64,000 nucleotides of DNA. Source: Azolla caroliniana. Lineage: Eukaryota > Plantae > Polypodiophyta. Position 1 is the first letter of the stretch; every line of letters starts with the position of its first letter. Made by a program: the position numbers and the translations under genes. Under the pieces are notes generated by a model. That model searched no databases, was not told where the DNA came from, and saw only the letters and a program-made list of their open reading frames with translations. The stretch spans positions 16,306,001-16,370,000 of the forward strand of contig JBHGNT010000006.1 of assembly GCA_043228905.1 (NCBI GenBank). The letters run 5' to 3'. Positions 62,582 through 64,000 of the stretch are shown piece by piece.

Positions 62582-64000
62582 CGTCTCGCTCACTTCTTCC
62601 TTCTCTCGAAGAAGTTCCACACCTCTCATAGTACTAATCCTTCGTTTAGTACTAATTCCTTCTCTGTCTCAGTACTGTTCCTGACACTATCCCAGATTAG
62701 TGAAGATGGCGAACTGCACCCTGTGGCTTTTCACTCACGGAAATTTGGAGCTGCAGAAATCAACTATGAGATTCACGACAAAGAGCTTCTTGCCATTGTG
62801 GATTCTTTTCAACAATGGCGTCATTTTTTGGAGGGCTCTTCTCAACAGATTATTGTCTTCAATGATCACAAAAATCTAACATACTTCCAAAGTGCTCGAG
62901 TCTTGAATCGTCGACAAGCTCGTTGGGCGCAGTTCTTAACTCGTTTTGATTTTGTAATTCTATATCGCCCTGGGATGCAACAAGGAAAAGCAGATGCTTT
63001 ATCTCGACGTTCGTATATGGAACTTCAACCAGGAGAAGCCGCATTTGAAAGTCAAAAGCAAATCCTCTTAGGTCCTGATCGTCTACGAGTAGTGGCAATA
63101 CATACTATCAACACACCAGGAGATTCGAGGCTTCTTGATTCCATTCGAGAGCAGATTGCAACAGATGGATTCGCCCAAGAGGTTTTGAGTCATATTATCC
63201 CCGATCGTGCTTCCAGCTCTCAATCTAAAAATCCTCGTCTAGACTACACCCAGTTCAATTGGCATGATGGTTTGCTTTTTCGACAAACTCTCTTGTATGT
63301 GCCTGACGGTCCTTCTCGACTCAAAGTCGTGCAACAATGTCATGACATGCCAATGGCTGGACATTTCGGCATCCACAAGACTTTTGAGTTGATTTCTCGC
63401 CGATATTTGTGGCCACGGCTTCGCCATTTTGTTACGGATTATGTTCGTAGTTGTGATACATGTTGCCGATCAAAAAAGCCTCGACATCATCCATATGGTC
63501 TATTATAGCCAATGCCTATTCCAGAGAGCCCATGGAAATCTATTTCCTTGGACTTTATTATGGATCTTCCACCTTCCAAGGGATTTGATTCTATTCTCAC
63601 GGTAGTCTATCGTTTTACGAAGATGGCGCATTTCCTTCCATGCACGAAGACCATTACTAGTCAAGAGACAGCCGATTTACTCATGCGGGAAGTGTTTCGC
63701 CATCATGGTCTTCCGGATGATATTATCAATGATCGGGGTCCCCAATTCATCTCGAAATTTTGGCGGCACATGTTCAAACTCTTACATACTTCTTGTAAAC
63801 TCTCTTCCGGCTACCATCCAAAGACTAATGGGCAGAGTGAGCGCACCAACCAAACAGTCGAACAATATCTACGTTGTTTTGTCAACTATCAACAAGATGA
63901 TTGGGTGGATTTATTACATTTGGCGGAATTTGCTTACAACAACTCCGAACATTCTTCTACTGGCTATTCCCCATTTTTTGCTAACATTGGGTACCATCCT

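Larger units (their letters stand above)
56930..62686 (+). mobile_element. Full-length chromovirus H2 (Tcn1-like, inferred); LTRs 56930-57364 and 62238-62686; TSD CTATC
   Basis: TSD at 56925-56929 and 62687-62691; near-identical LTRs; PPT at 62225-62237. Confidence 0.96.
52850..64000 (+). mobile_element. Chromovirus-type Gypsy H1 (5' LTR 52850-53302; gag 53387-54511; pol 54538-64000, interrupted by two insertions); runs off the right edge
   Basis: Collinear with H2; LLDSGA, YLDD, RNase H resumes at 62692; has stops and a small deletion. Confidence 0.92.

Overview
Eukaryotic nuclear DNA, most likely from a land plant. The plant-type tRNA primer sites and the TE repertoire suggest a non-seed plant such as a fern (inference). 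About 80% of the window is nested, mostly decayed LTR retrotransposons (Ty1/Copia, non-chromo Ty3/Gypsy, chromoviruses, a TRIM, solo LTRs) plus one decayed Mutator-like element. A ~10 kb gene island holds two convergent host genes: a 5-exon RsfS/Iojap-related gene (+, 26120-31541) and an intronless, bacterial-looking FAD/NAD(P) oxidoreductase (-, 33733-35163) that is a horizontal-transfer candidate. Main observations: (1) an unannotated accessory coiled-coil protein shared by two Gypsy-type elements and retained in the one that lost pol; (2) in that pol-less element, a tRNA-Arg primer site on the strand opposite its genes; (3) two chromoviruses with covarying Tf1-type self-priming sites and a conserved -1 frameshift slippery site plus pseudoknot; (4) a TRIM whose primer site matches the whole 3' half of tRNA-Trp; (5) two precise inversions, a fold-back and a segmental duplication. 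All homologies were judged by eye; no searches were run.
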